From: Candidatus Microgenomates bacterium
GTDB taxonomy: Bacteria; Patescibacteriota; Microgenomatia; UBA8517; JACQJR01
Direction: 5' to 3'
DNA: 64,000 nucleotides
NCBI GenBank assembly: GCA_016204995.1
Contig: JACQJR010000002.1
Span: 96,551-160,550, forward strand
The notes beneath the pieces were generated by a model. The model ran no database searches. It was not told the origin of the DNA and was given only the letters and a program-made list of their open reading frames with translations. Shown here piece after piece: positions 10,700 through 19,447 of this stretch. A program made the position numbers and the translations under genes. Numbering within the stretch: position 1 is the stretch's first letter; every line of letters starts with the position of its first letter.

Positions 10700-11952
10700 A
10701 TTAATCTTTTAATTGCTTCCTCTATGCTAATTAATTCTGTTTTTTCTTCTCCCCGATTTTTCCACTCCACTTGATCACCCGTTTTAGCTGACACTACCAG
10801 TCTGACGGGAATGCCTATTAAATCACAATCGGCAAATTTTTCGCCGGCTGACACATCTTCTCTATCATCCCATAAAACTTCAATTCCCACCTCTCGCAAT
10901 TTTTCGTAAACTAGTTCTCCGGAAAGTTTTAAGTTTTGAGATGTAGTTTTGCCATTTGCCATTTGAGATTTGAGTTCTATAAGATTAACATCATAAGGAG
11001 CAACTGATTTAGGCCAGATAATTCCCTTGTCATCATTATGAACTTCTACGATTGTTCCCAGAAGTCTGCTAATGCCAATACCGTAGCAACCCATAATCAC
11101 GGATTTTTGACTACCATCTTTATCCTTAAAAGTTAAGCCAAAGGCATCAGAAAATTTAGTTTTCAAGGGAAAAATATTACCTACTTCAATAGTCTTAACT
11201 TTTTTTAATGGCCCATGGCCTAAATCACATTCTTTGCCTGCGGCAACCTCGGCAATTTCGGTATTTTGAGAAAAATCCCCACCTGCACAATAAATAATTT
11301 CATCTTCACCTGCTTCGGTAATAACTTGGTATTCATGGGAAAATTTACTAAAAGCACCGCCACTGGCTTCGGTTAATATGGCGTCTAGTCCACATCTGGT
11401 AAACACAGCGCTATATGCTTCCTTCATCCGCTCATAATATTTTTCAAAGTCCTCTTCAGTGGTATGAAAGCTATATAAATCTTTCATTAAAAATTCCCGG
11501 CCGCGCAAAATTCCACTTTTAGCCCGTGCTTCGTCGCGAAACTTATTTTGAATTTGGTAAAGATAAAGAGGCAAATCCTTGTAAGAACTGATAAATTGGC
11601 CAACCAATGGGACAACAACTTCTTCGTGGGTGGGTCCCAAAGCATATTCTGTTTCTTGACGACTCTTGACTTTAAAAAGTGCGTCAAAATTATTCCACCG
11701 GTCGGTTTTCTCCCAACTGGCTTTATTTTGCAAGGCACTTAACAAAATTTCCTGCCCGCCGGCTTTATTCATCTCGTCCCGAACAATGTTCGTAATTTTA
11801 TTAAGGACTTTAAGACCTAATGGCAAAAAATTATAAACTCCAGCTACTTCTTTACGGATAAATCCACCGCGGGTCAAAAGTTTGGCATTAACAGAAACTT
11901 CATCCTTGGGATCTTGTCTAATCGTTTTTCCAAAAAGCTGTGAATATCGCAT
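10696..11952 (-). CDS. proS: prolyl-tRNA synthetase (short form lacking editing domain)
   Basis: Class II aaRS motifs and a ProS-specific N-terminus (MRYSQLFGKTIR). Only 418 aa, so no INS editing domain. Confidence 0.85.
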   Translation of the reverse strand: MRYSQLFGKTIRQDPKDEVSVNAKLLTRGGFIRKEVAGVYNFLPLGLKVLNKITNIVRDEMNKAGGQEILLSALQNKASWEKTDRWNNFDALFKVKSRQETEYALGPTHEEVVVPLVGQFISSYKDLPLYLYQIQNKFRDEARAKSGILRGREFLMKDLYSFHTTEEDFEKYYERMKEAYSAVFTRCGLDAILTEASGGAFSKFSHEYQVITEAGEDEIIYCAGGDFSQNTEIAEVAAGKECDLGHGPLKKVKTIEVGNIFPLKTKFSDAFGLTFKDKDGSQKSVIMGCYGIGISRLLGTIVEVHNDDKGIIWPKSVAPYDVNLIELKSQMANGKTTSQNLKLSGELVYEKLREVGIEVLWDDREDVSAGEKFADCDLIGIPVRLVVSAKTGDQVEWKNRGEEKTELISIEEAIKRLI

Positions 11953-11963
11953 ATATATTTATA

Positions 11964-12269
11964 TTATATCTTCTTTTTAAAATAATTTTCTAATAATATA
12001 CCTATAATTAAAGCTAAAATTATAAATAAACTTGGTTTTAACAAATCTATATAATCACTAATTTTATTTGGAACATGACCATCGCTAAGTGCTGCTGTTA
12101 AAAATAATCCCAACCCCAGAAATAATAAAACAACGAGAGTTATCATAATTCTTCCAATTAAAGAATTTTTCAAAAGATAGCCTGCGAGAACAAAAAATAA
12201 AAATATTACTAGTAACCACATAAAATTAGTATAGTTTAGCACCCGGAAATGCTTCTTTGTCTGGAGCAA
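11964..12269 (-). CDS. small membrane protein
   Basis: Three predicted TM helices. No homology recognised. Confidence 0.4.
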   Translation of the reverse strand: MLQTKKHFRVLNYTNFMWLLVIFLFFVLAGYLLKNSLIGRIMITLVVLLFLGLGLFLTAALSDGHVPNKISDYIDLLKPSLFIILALIIGILLENYFKKKI

Positions 12270-12561
12270 GTAAAATACATTGTCCTTCTTCGTTGGAAAC
12301 GCCTAATGTTAGGAATTCTGATTCAAAGGGGCCAATTTTTTTAGGAGGCATATTTACTAAACCAAGAATTAATTTATCTTGCAGATCTTCTTTTGAGTAA
12401 AGATGAGTTGCTCCAACTGCGGATTTTTTAGTCCCTATTTCTTCTCCAAAATCAGCCGTAATTTTATAAAGTGGTTTATGCGCTTCCGGAAAATCTTCTA
12501 CCGAAACTATTCTGCCCACACGGATATCCAATTTTTGAAAGTCCTCAAATGCGGCTGTCAT
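12226..12561 (-). CDS. tRNA-binding domain protein (Trbp111/CsaA-like)
   Basis: OB-fold tRNA-binding motif (KLDIRVGRIVSVEDFPEA...LYKITADFG). Starting at the internal ATG gives 111 aa, the canonical Trbp111 size. Confidence 0.65.
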   Translation of the reverse strand: MTAAFEDFQKLDIRVGRIVSVEDFPEAHKPLYKITADFGEEIGTKKSAVGATHLYSKEDLQDKLILGLVNMPPKKIGPFESEFLTLGVSNEEGQCILLAPDKEAFPGAKLY

Positions 12562-12623
12562 TATATGCAAGTTTAACATTAACACTTTAATAAAACAATA
12601 AAGTGAAGCTAATAAAAAAGACG

Positions 12624-13004
12624 CTAAGAAGTTGATTCAATCTTAGTTATTCGCTGGCTGAATTTATCTATGGATTTTTCTATCCTGTCATGACTTAAAA
12701 TATGGATATCAGATTCCTCACGGATAGATTTCAACTCACCCATAATCGGATCTAACATGGTAATAAATTTATCTACCAGCTTATGAAATTGTTCACTCAT
12801 TTCGTCTTTTAAAAGAAGTATGTTTTCACCTAATCTTTTACTGTCATATTCCAATAACCCGATTCTGGCTTTAGATTCTTTTGCCTCAATTTTCCACAAG
12901 GAAGCTTCTCTTCTTAATTCTTTCATTTCACTTTGCAAAGGAATTAAAACCTGTTGGACATCTTTTTTAGTTAGTGATTTGACCACCTTTGGCATAATAA
13001 CCAC
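12624..13004 (-). CDS. hypothetical coiled-coil protein
   Basis: ORF with heptad-like charged repeats. Confidence 0.35.
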   Translation of the reverse strand: MVIMPKVVKSLTKKDVQQVLIPLQSEMKELRREASLWKIEAKESKARIGLLEYDSKRLGENILLLKDEMSEQFHKLVDKFITMLDPIMGELKSIREESDIHILSHDRIEKSIDKFSQRITKIESTS

Positions 13005-13053
13005 ATTTTTACAGCATTAAAAGAAGTTGTCAATTGATGTAAAAGATATCACT

Positions 13054-14124
13054 CTACTGACTGATTATTCTGCGGATATCATGAAAAGTAATCGCAATTA
13101 ATAAAGTAATTAACAAGGCAAAGCCGACCATATTGGCAATTCTTTCTACTTTGGGAATAATAGCTCTGGCCCGGCCGCGAAAAATGGCTTCTATCCCCAC
13201 AAACAATAAACGACCGCCATCAAGCGCTGGAAAGGGAATGATATTGAGAATGGCCAGATTAATTGACAATATACCGACAAAATGTAATAAAGCCAGCATT
13301 CCTTGTTGAGCCACGCTACCGGTTAGCTGAAAAATACCTACTGGACCGGCAATACCCGCAGGGACCGCTTGACGAAATACTAGGCTGGATACCATGGTGC
13401 CCAGTCCGACCAAAGTTTGTTGTCCCCATAACCACGCCTCTTTGACACCATAATAAGTACCTAAAAGAGGTCTTTGCCAAAGAGGAGGAATATATTGTTC
13501 TTGATCACTAATAGCTACACCGACTGGTCCCTCATCTTTAGGTGGGTTTTGCCGGGGGATAAGTTGTGAAGTTTTGATTTCCCCATCAGATTTTTTAATT
13601 TCTAAATTAACCGTCTTTCCTTTTTGGTTTTCAATTAATTGAATGAATTGTTTGCTGGAGGTAATTCTCTCACCATTTACTTGCAATACTATATCATTTG
13701 ATTGAATGCCACCTTGTTCAGCTGGGCTATTAGGCAAAACCCCCAGCACCCTGACTACCTCGGATTTTCGGGGAACGCCAGTAAAACTGTAAAGAATGGA
13801 AAAGGCCACAATGGCCAATAAAAAATTCATTACCACTCCGGCCACAATAATTGCTGCCCTATTTTTCTTAGGCTTAGCCGAGAAAGACCGACCGGCGTCT
13901 TTAGCAACTTTTTCTTCCTCGCCATATAATCTGACAAAACCGCCAAAAGGTAAAAGATTAAGAGAATAAATTGTCTCACCGTGTTTTAGAGAAATAATCT
14001 TAGGCGGAAAACCAAAACCAAATTCTTCTACTTTAACTCCGGATAATTTGGCCACAATAAAATGACCTAGTTCATGAATTAAGACTAGGAGGGAAAGAAT
14101 TAATAAAAAAATAATTAACGTCAT
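13054..14124 (-). CDS. rseP: RIP zinc metalloprotease RseP/site-2 protease with PDZ domain
   Basis: HExxH (HELGHFIVAK) in TM1, central PDZ, C-terminal LDGG motif. Confidence 0.8.
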   Translation of the reverse strand: MTLIIFLLILSLLVLIHELGHFIVAKLSGVKVEEFGFGFPPKIISLKHGETIYSLNLLPFGGFVRLYGEEEKVAKDAGRSFSAKPKKNRAAIIVAGVVMNFLLAIVAFSILYSFTGVPRKSEVVRVLGVLPNSPAEQGGIQSNDIVLQVNGERITSSKQFIQLIENQKGKTVNLEIKKSDGEIKTSQLIPRQNPPKDEGPVGVAISDQEQYIPPLWQRPLLGTYYGVKEAWLWGQQTLVGLGTMVSSLVFRQAVPAGIAGPVGIFQLTGSVAQQGMLALLHFVGILSINLAILNIIPFPALDGGRLLFVGIEAIFRGRARAIIPKVERIANMVGFALLITLLIAITFHDIRRIISQ

Positions 14125-14128
14125 AAAT

Positions 14129-14683
14129 TTAGACCTGCGTTAGCTCTGCTTCTTTTAATTTTCCTATCTCTTCAATTTTATTAACCATCTCATCAGTTAT
14201 TTTTTGCACTCTTTCTTCTCTTTGGAATTTTTCATCCTCACCAAATTCCTTTTTCTCAAATAGCTTGTGAACCTCTTCCATTGCCTCTTGTCGGACGCGA
14301 CGAATCATAATTTTACCATTTTCTAATTTTTGACTTAACAGCTTAACATAATTTCGCCTGTCTTCTGCCGTCAAAGACGGCAAGTTAATTCTAATTGCCT
14401 CACCATCAGCCATTGGCGTTAAACCAATATTGGCTGTTTCAATGGCCTTTTTAATTTCATAAGTAATTGATTTATCCCAGGGAGAAATAATTAAAGTCCG
14501 AGGATCAGGAGTGGCAATACTGGCTAGTTCCACAATTTTTAGTCTCGTTGTCCCACCGTAAGCGTCAACGATAATATCGGCAACTAAGGCTGGAGTGGCT
14601 CGACCGGTACGGATAGAGGAAACATCACTGCGTACCGCCGTAACAGCTTCTTCCATTTTAGCTCGTATACCATCCTCATTCAT
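14129..14683 (-). CDS. frr: ribosome recycling factor
   Basis: RRF family pattern (RINLPSLTAEDRRNYVK..RRVRQEAMEE). Start chosen at the internal Met that matches the family N-terminus. Confidence 0.85.
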   Translation of the reverse strand: MNEDGIRAKMEEAVTAVRSDVSSIRTGRATPALVADIIVDAYGGTTRLKIVELASIATPDPRTLIISPWDKSITYEIKKAIETANIGLTPMADGEAIRINLPSLTAEDRRNYVKLLSQKLENGKIMIRRVRQEAMEEVHKLFEKKEFGEDEKFQREERVQKITDEMVNKIEEIGKLKEAELTQV

Positions 14684-15185
14684 TGCCACCAAGTTCGAAC
14701 CGGACAAAGCGGACTATTTTAATATTTTCCCCGATTTTAGCAATGACATTAGTCACTAAATCTTTCACTTTTTGCGAAGAATCACGGATATAATCTTGTT
14801 TTTCCAGTTCCGAAATATCTTGAGGATCCATGGAAGCCACTTGCATCGCCAGTTCATGTGCTAAATTTTTAAAATCATCTGTTCTGGCCACAAAGTCAGT
14901 TTCGCAAGCCAGCTCCAGCATCGCACCCACTTTACCGCCGGTATGAATATAAGTATCTACCAGACCTGCCCCGACTGGCCGCTCGGATTTTTTCTCGGCA
15001 ATTTCCACACCGCGTTCTTTTAAAATATCCAGGGCTTTTTTCTCATCCCCGCCGGCTTTTTCTAAAGCCACCCGACACTCGCCGATAGAAACACCGGTCT
15101 TTTCGCGTAAATCTTTAATTTTTTGTAAATCAATTTTCATTTTCGGATTTCGTGCTTCGTGCTTCGGATTTTTGCCCTTGGGCAA
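14676..15185 (-). CDS. tsf: elongation factor Ts (short form)
   Basis: UBA-like N-terminus (IKDLREKTGVSIGECRVALEKAGGD). A TTG start with AGGAG at -7 would overlap the rpsB 3' end across a repeat tract. An alternative ATG lies at 15140. Confidence 0.7.
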   Translation of the reverse strand: MPKGKNPKHEARNPKMKIDLQKIKDLREKTGVSIGECRVALEKAGGDEKKALDILKERGVEIAEKKSERPVGAGLVDTYIHTGGKVGAMLELACETDFVARTDDFKNLAHELAMQVASMDPQDISELEKQDYIRDSSQKVKDLVTNVIAKIGENIKIVRFVRFELGGNE

Positions 15186-15924
15186 TCGCTTCTCCTAGTT
15201 TATTTATAATATATTCTACCGCCTTTATGGAATCATCATTCGCCGGAATTGGGAAATCTACTAAATTGGGATCGGCATTAGAGTCTACGATGGCTACAAT
15301 CGGCACATTGAGTCTTTTGGCTTCTAAAACTGCTGTCATTTCCCGATTAACATCTACAATAACTAAAATATCAGGTAGTTTGGTCAGACCAGCAATGCCG
15401 CCAAAAATTCTTTCCAGCTTACTAATCTCCCGATCCAGCAGTAACTGTTCGCGCTTCGTAAATTGCTTATACTCACCTGCTTCTCTCTCTGTTTTCATCT
15501 TGGCCAGCTTTTCCACACTCTTTTTGATATGATCCCAATTAGTGAATAAACCGCCAATCCAACGTTTTTCAATGTAGGGCATTCCCACCATACCAGAAAC
15601 TTTTTTGATAACTTCTTGAGCTTGAGGTTTAGTACCGACAAATAGAATAGTTTGTCCGAGGCTGGCTCTGTTTTTTAATTCGGCAAGAGCGGTAGTAAGT
15701 AAAGTATGAGTTTTTTCCAGATCAAAAATATGAATACCGTCTTGGATGCCAAATAAATAAGAAGCAATTTTAGGATTCCACCGATCCGCCCTGTGCCCAA
15801 AATGAGCGCCAACTTCCAACAGCTCTTCTAAAATCTGTGGAACAGCTGCGCTTTCAGCCTTCTTGGTACTAGTTTTTGCTTTTGCCACAAACATTATTCT
15901 AGCAGAAATCAGTTGTGAAGGCAA
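15130..15924 (-). CDS. rpsB: 30S ribosomal protein S2
   Basis: LLEVGAHFGHRADRWNPK S2 signature. About 30-aa N-terminal extension. rpsB-tsf-frr order conserved. Confidence 0.85.
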   Translation of the reverse strand: MPSQLISARIMFVAKAKTSTKKAESAAVPQILEELLEVGAHFGHRADRWNPKIASYLFGIQDGIHIFDLEKTHTLLTTALAELKNRASLGQTILFVGTKPQAQEVIKKVSGMVGMPYIEKRWIGGLFTNWDHIKKSVEKLAKMKTEREAGEYKQFTKREQLLLDREISKLERIFGGIAGLTKLPDILVIVDVNREMTAVLEAKRLNVPIVAIVDSNADPNLVDFPIPANDDSIKAVEYIINKLGEAIAQGQKSEARSTKSENEN

Positions 15925-15947
15925 TTAAATCGTGTATAATGTGACAA

Positions 15948-16664
15948 ATGCAGAAAAGATTTAATTTAGCCTTCTTAATTGGCCGCGGCTCCCGTTTGCC
16001 AAATATATTGGATAAAATTTTAACCCCTGATTCTCCGGTAGCAGTGACCGCAGTTATCAGCCATAGAAAACCAGCCGAAGGCGAAACAGATGTGATTGGT
16101 ATTACTGAAGCCAAAAGAAGAGATATAACGGCAGTCTATTTTAATCTAGTCCAAATGAACTTAGCCGACAAAAAAGCCTTCTTAGATCATAGCGATGGAC
16201 AATACCGGCCGAATTACATGAGAAACCTAGCCGCTTTTCTTTCCCAAAGTTATTACAAACCAGATTTAGTTTTTATGACCGGTTGGGATTTGGTGGTGGA
16301 TGACAATTTTATGTCCTTCTTTATGAAACAAAATATTCCCGTTTTAAATGTCCATCCACATCCCTTACCGGAAACGCCAGAGGAAACTATGGTGGCCCCG
16401 GATGGCACTTCAAATAAAGTCTTGCGTGGTACTGAAGTCTGGACCCAAGCCGTAGAAGAAAAACTCGGCTGGTCTGGCGTGACTATTCACCAAGTTATTC
16501 CAGGAATTTATGATGTGGGAAAAGTGGTGGCTTTGGAATGGGTTAAGATTGATCCGGCTGATACCAGCCAGACTTTAAGGCAAAAACTAAATGAGGTAGA
16601 AGATAAACTTGTGCCGGAAACTATCCTCAAAATCGCCCACGGAGAAATTAAATTAGCGGCTTAA
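15948..16664 (+). CDS. formyltransferase-family protein (PurN-like N-terminal domain)
   Basis: AFLIGRGSRLPNIL and VLNVHPHPLPE resemble the PurN/Fmt catalytic-core motifs (SG.GSNL, N.HPSLLP). Confidence 0.45.
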   Translation: MQKRFNLAFLIGRGSRLPNILDKILTPDSPVAVTAVISHRKPAEGETDVIGITEAKRRDITAVYFNLVQMNLADKKAFLDHSDGQYRPNYMRNLAAFLSQSYYKPDLVFMTGWDLVVDDNFMSFFMKQNIPVLNVHPHPLPETPEETMVAPDGTSNKVLRGTEVWTQAVEEKLGWSGVTIHQVIPGIYDVGKVVALEWVKIDPADTSQTLRQKLNEVEDKLVPETILKIAHGEIKLAA

Positions 16665-16781
16665 AAATAAAATTGAACCCACTTCCTTGCCTGCCTCAAA
16701 AGTGCCAATAATCACAGAAAGAACCAGGACTGTCACCAGAAGGACAAAAAAGAAATTCCTGGCCTCCATAAAACAATTATA

Positions 16782-17753
16782 CTACTTACTGGTATTATTA
16801 ATAATCTCCGCCCAGTTGCTAAGTTTGTCTAAAAACTCTTGAATTTCCCGACCAGGGGATAACCCTTGAGTTTCGGCAATTTCCATCACCCGCTTCCTGT
16901 CAAAATTAATACCATTCTCTTCAAACAGACGCAATAAAACTCTTGATTCCGAATTAGATAAAGTAGTTGACCCTAGCTCGTAATCCCTAAAAGCCTCCCA
17001 AGCCGGCGGCACTGTATCTTCCACAGTCTTAGCCATGATATCGGCATAAATTCTAATCTCGTATTGGGCATGCTCGTCCATTCTTAGTTTCAGAAAATGC
17101 AACAGATTATGTAAATCAATTTTCCAATACCATTGCGTGTAGTAGTTAAGAGTTAAGTCCATCCGGGCTAGTTCCCGCGCCAGCATTGGTTTATCAGGAT
17201 TAGCTGGTTTACCGCTGCCATCATCATTAAGCATGGATTCATAATGGTCGTAATTACGAAAAGCATCTGCAATTAATAATTGACGAATAGACTCTGCCTG
17301 TTGTGCGTCCAGAACTTCACCTCGACCTTGTCTATTAGTAGTAGATTGGGCCGCAAGTACCTCCGGCGTAGGTACATAAAATTCTTTATCCAAAATGGAG
17401 TAGCGGCCGGAATACTCATTAACATTAGCGGTTCTGTGTCTAATCCATTGCCTGGCCACAAAAATAGGCATTTTGGCATGGAATTTAAATTCCACCATTT
17501 CAAAAGGAGTGGTGTGTTGATGCCGCAAGAGATAACGAATTAATCCTCGGGTTTCTCGCACGTTTCTGGTACCGCTGCCATAAGAAACTCTGGCTGCTTG
17601 CTCAATAGCTTGATCATTACCCATGTAGTCCACCAAATAAATAAAGCCATGATCAAGTATGGGCACTACTTCACCTAACCATTTCTCTCCCCCTGGACTG
17701 GCGGGCCGCTTAGTTTGAGACTCCCACTGCGGTATTGAGCTTTCTATTGTCAT
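16782..17753 (-). CDS. thyX: flavin-dependent thymidylate synthase ThyX
   Basis: ThyX signature RHRTANVNEYSGRYS (RHR-x7-S). Confidence 0.85.
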   Translation of the reverse strand: MTIESSIPQWESQTKRPASPGGEKWLGEVVPILDHGFIYLVDYMGNDQAIEQAARVSYGSGTRNVRETRGLIRYLLRHQHTTPFEMVEFKFHAKMPIFVARQWIRHRTANVNEYSGRYSILDKEFYVPTPEVLAAQSTTNRQGRGEVLDAQQAESIRQLLIADAFRNYDHYESMLNDDGSGKPANPDKPMLARELARMDLTLNYYTQWYWKIDLHNLLHFLKLRMDEHAQYEIRIYADIMAKTVEDTVPPAWEAFRDYELGSTTLSNSESRVLLRLFEENGINFDRKRVMEIAETQGLSPGREIQEFLDKLSNWAEIINNTSK

Positions 17754-18382
17754 GATAGAATTCCTTTCTTTTGCAAAACTTTGATGATTTTTGCAAACAC
17801 TTCTTCTTCTGTTTTATTGCCATCAACTACTTCCATTTCCAATTCTTCTGCCATTTTTAAATACATCTCTCTTCTTTTAGTCTGGACTTCTAATTTATCT
17901 TTATCAAAATAATTTAATTCTTCTTTACCTACAACTCTACGGCTCATGCCAACTTCTGGATTAACATCAATTAAAATAATAATATCCGGATCCATCCACT
18001 TGTTATTCATATTCAAAACTAAATTTTCCAGATAAAGAATATCGTTCATCTCAATTCCGTGTTCGGATTGATAAATTCTGGTACCAACAAAGGAACGATC
18101 TTGAACTACCATTTTGCCTTCTACTAAAGACTTTTCTACCTCTTGTAAATTGACTCTTCTATCAAAATTAAATCCAATTAATTGCAGGATAGGGTCTTCT
18201 GCCCCTCGTGGACCTAAAATTAAATCCCGAATTGGCATTGTTTCAGGAATTCCTCCCGGTTCTTTAGTTTTAAACAACTCAAATCCTGCCTTGGTTAAAT
18301 AGTCGCACAATAATTCCACCTGGGTGCTTTTCCCTGCCCCATCATTACCTTCAAATACAATATATTTTCCTCGTTCTACCAT
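17750..18382 (-). CDS. tmk: thymidylate kinase
   Basis: P-loop GNDGAGKST, dTMP kinase fold. Overlaps thyX by 4 nt. Confidence 0.85.
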   Translation of the reverse strand: MVERGKYIVFEGNDGAGKSTQVELLCDYLTKAGFELFKTKEPGGIPETMPIRDLILGPRGAEDPILQLIGFNFDRRVNLQEVEKSLVEGKMVVQDRSFVGTRIYQSEHGIEMNDILYLENLVLNMNNKWMDPDIIILIDVNPEVGMSRRVVGKEELNYFDKDKLEVQTKRREMYLKMAEELEMEVVDGNKTEEEVFAKIIKVLQKKGILS

Positions 18383-18711
18383 TATCTATTATCTCCACTG
18401 CCCCTGATTTTCCCCCGTTCTTTACGGGAAGCCAATTTTTTCAAATTCTCCGCAGCGACTGATTCTAATGAAGCGCCAATTTCAGTGGTAATTTGCGACA
18501 AATACCATAAAACATCTCCTAATTCTTTGACAATTTCCTCTTTTGTTTCCCGATCTATTACCCCATTTTTATCCCGCAATACCTTCTTAATTTTTTCTGC
18601 CACTTCCCCTGATTCTCCAGCCAGTCCTAAAGTGGGATAAACAAAATTATCGTTGCATCCGGGGTAAAACGCGGTTTTTCTAGATTTCTGCTGATAATCC
18701 TTAAAAGTCAT
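18382..18711 (-). CDS. MazG-like nucleoside triphosphate pyrophosphohydrolase (small all-alpha type)
   Basis: EExxE-type motif (GLAGESGEVAEK..ELGDVLWYL) typical of the MazG/HisE superfamily. Confidence 0.6.
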   Translation of the reverse strand: MTFKDYQQKSRKTAFYPGCNDNFVYPTLGLAGESGEVAEKIKKVLRDKNGVIDRETKEEIVKELGDVLWYLSQITTEIGASLESVAAENLKKLASRKERGKIRGSGDNR

Positions 18712-18713
18712 TT

Positions 18714-19391
18714 TTAAATTTGGGCTTTAGTTTGATTAGCATACTTAACACCATTACGCTGGGCATAAACTTCCAGGGTCGGAGAACTCAAATGCAAAAA
18801 CACCATAGCACAAATAGCTTGACCATAATGAACTTCCAAAGGCACGCCGCCGCCGTTATGCAATTCCAGCATTGGTTTGCCATCCCAACCAGCGTCAAAA
18901 ATAGGAGCTCCTTCTACTTTTAAACCACTTCTAGCGGGCCTACTTTTACCTACTAATAAACCAATCATACAGTTGGGTAATTTAATCCGCTCCAGAGTGG
19001 TAGCCACTATCACCATGCCTGCCGGAATAATCAAACTTGAATGTTCCTGTATATCCATCTCATGGTAATATTCCCCTGGAACTGGCCTGCTTAAATCAAT
19101 GTGAGGCACTTTAGTGGGATCAATAAATTTAGCGCTATCACCCAACCGCAGATCAATTTTGCAAGTTCCTAAAATCACTTTACTTTCTAAGTCTGGCTCT
19201 GGAGTAATTAAAATTCTTTTTGCTATGACTAACCGTTTAATATCTGCATCTGATAAAACAGCCCCCCTCGGCACCTTGCAGTCTACACACCACAATTTTT
19301 CTTCTAGCTCTTTGTATTTTCTCTCTAAATCACTAAGTCTCTCTTCTGGACTTCTAAGATTAAATTCTCCTTGACTACCTCTTTCTTGCAT
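18714..19391 (-). CDS. dcd: dCTP deaminase (dUTPase superfamily) with N-terminal extension
   Basis: Dcd-like core. An extra ~35-aa N-terminus with a coiled coil and a CVDCKVP motif. Confidence 0.7.
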   Translation of the reverse strand: MQERGSQGEFNLRSPEERLSDLERKYKELEEKLWCVDCKVPRGAVLSDADIKRLVIAKRILITPEPDLESKVILGTCKIDLRLGDSAKFIDPTKVPHIDLSRPVPGEYYHEMDIQEHSSLIIPAGMVIVATTLERIKLPNCMIGLLVGKSRPARSGLKVEGAPIFDAGWDGKPMLELHNGGGVPLEVHYGQAICAMVFLHLSSPTLEVYAQRNGVKYANQTKAQI

Positions 19392-19447
19392 AACTCTTTT
19401 AATAACTCTTTTAAATTCTTATGTCAACCCTTCAATTACATTCAGGG

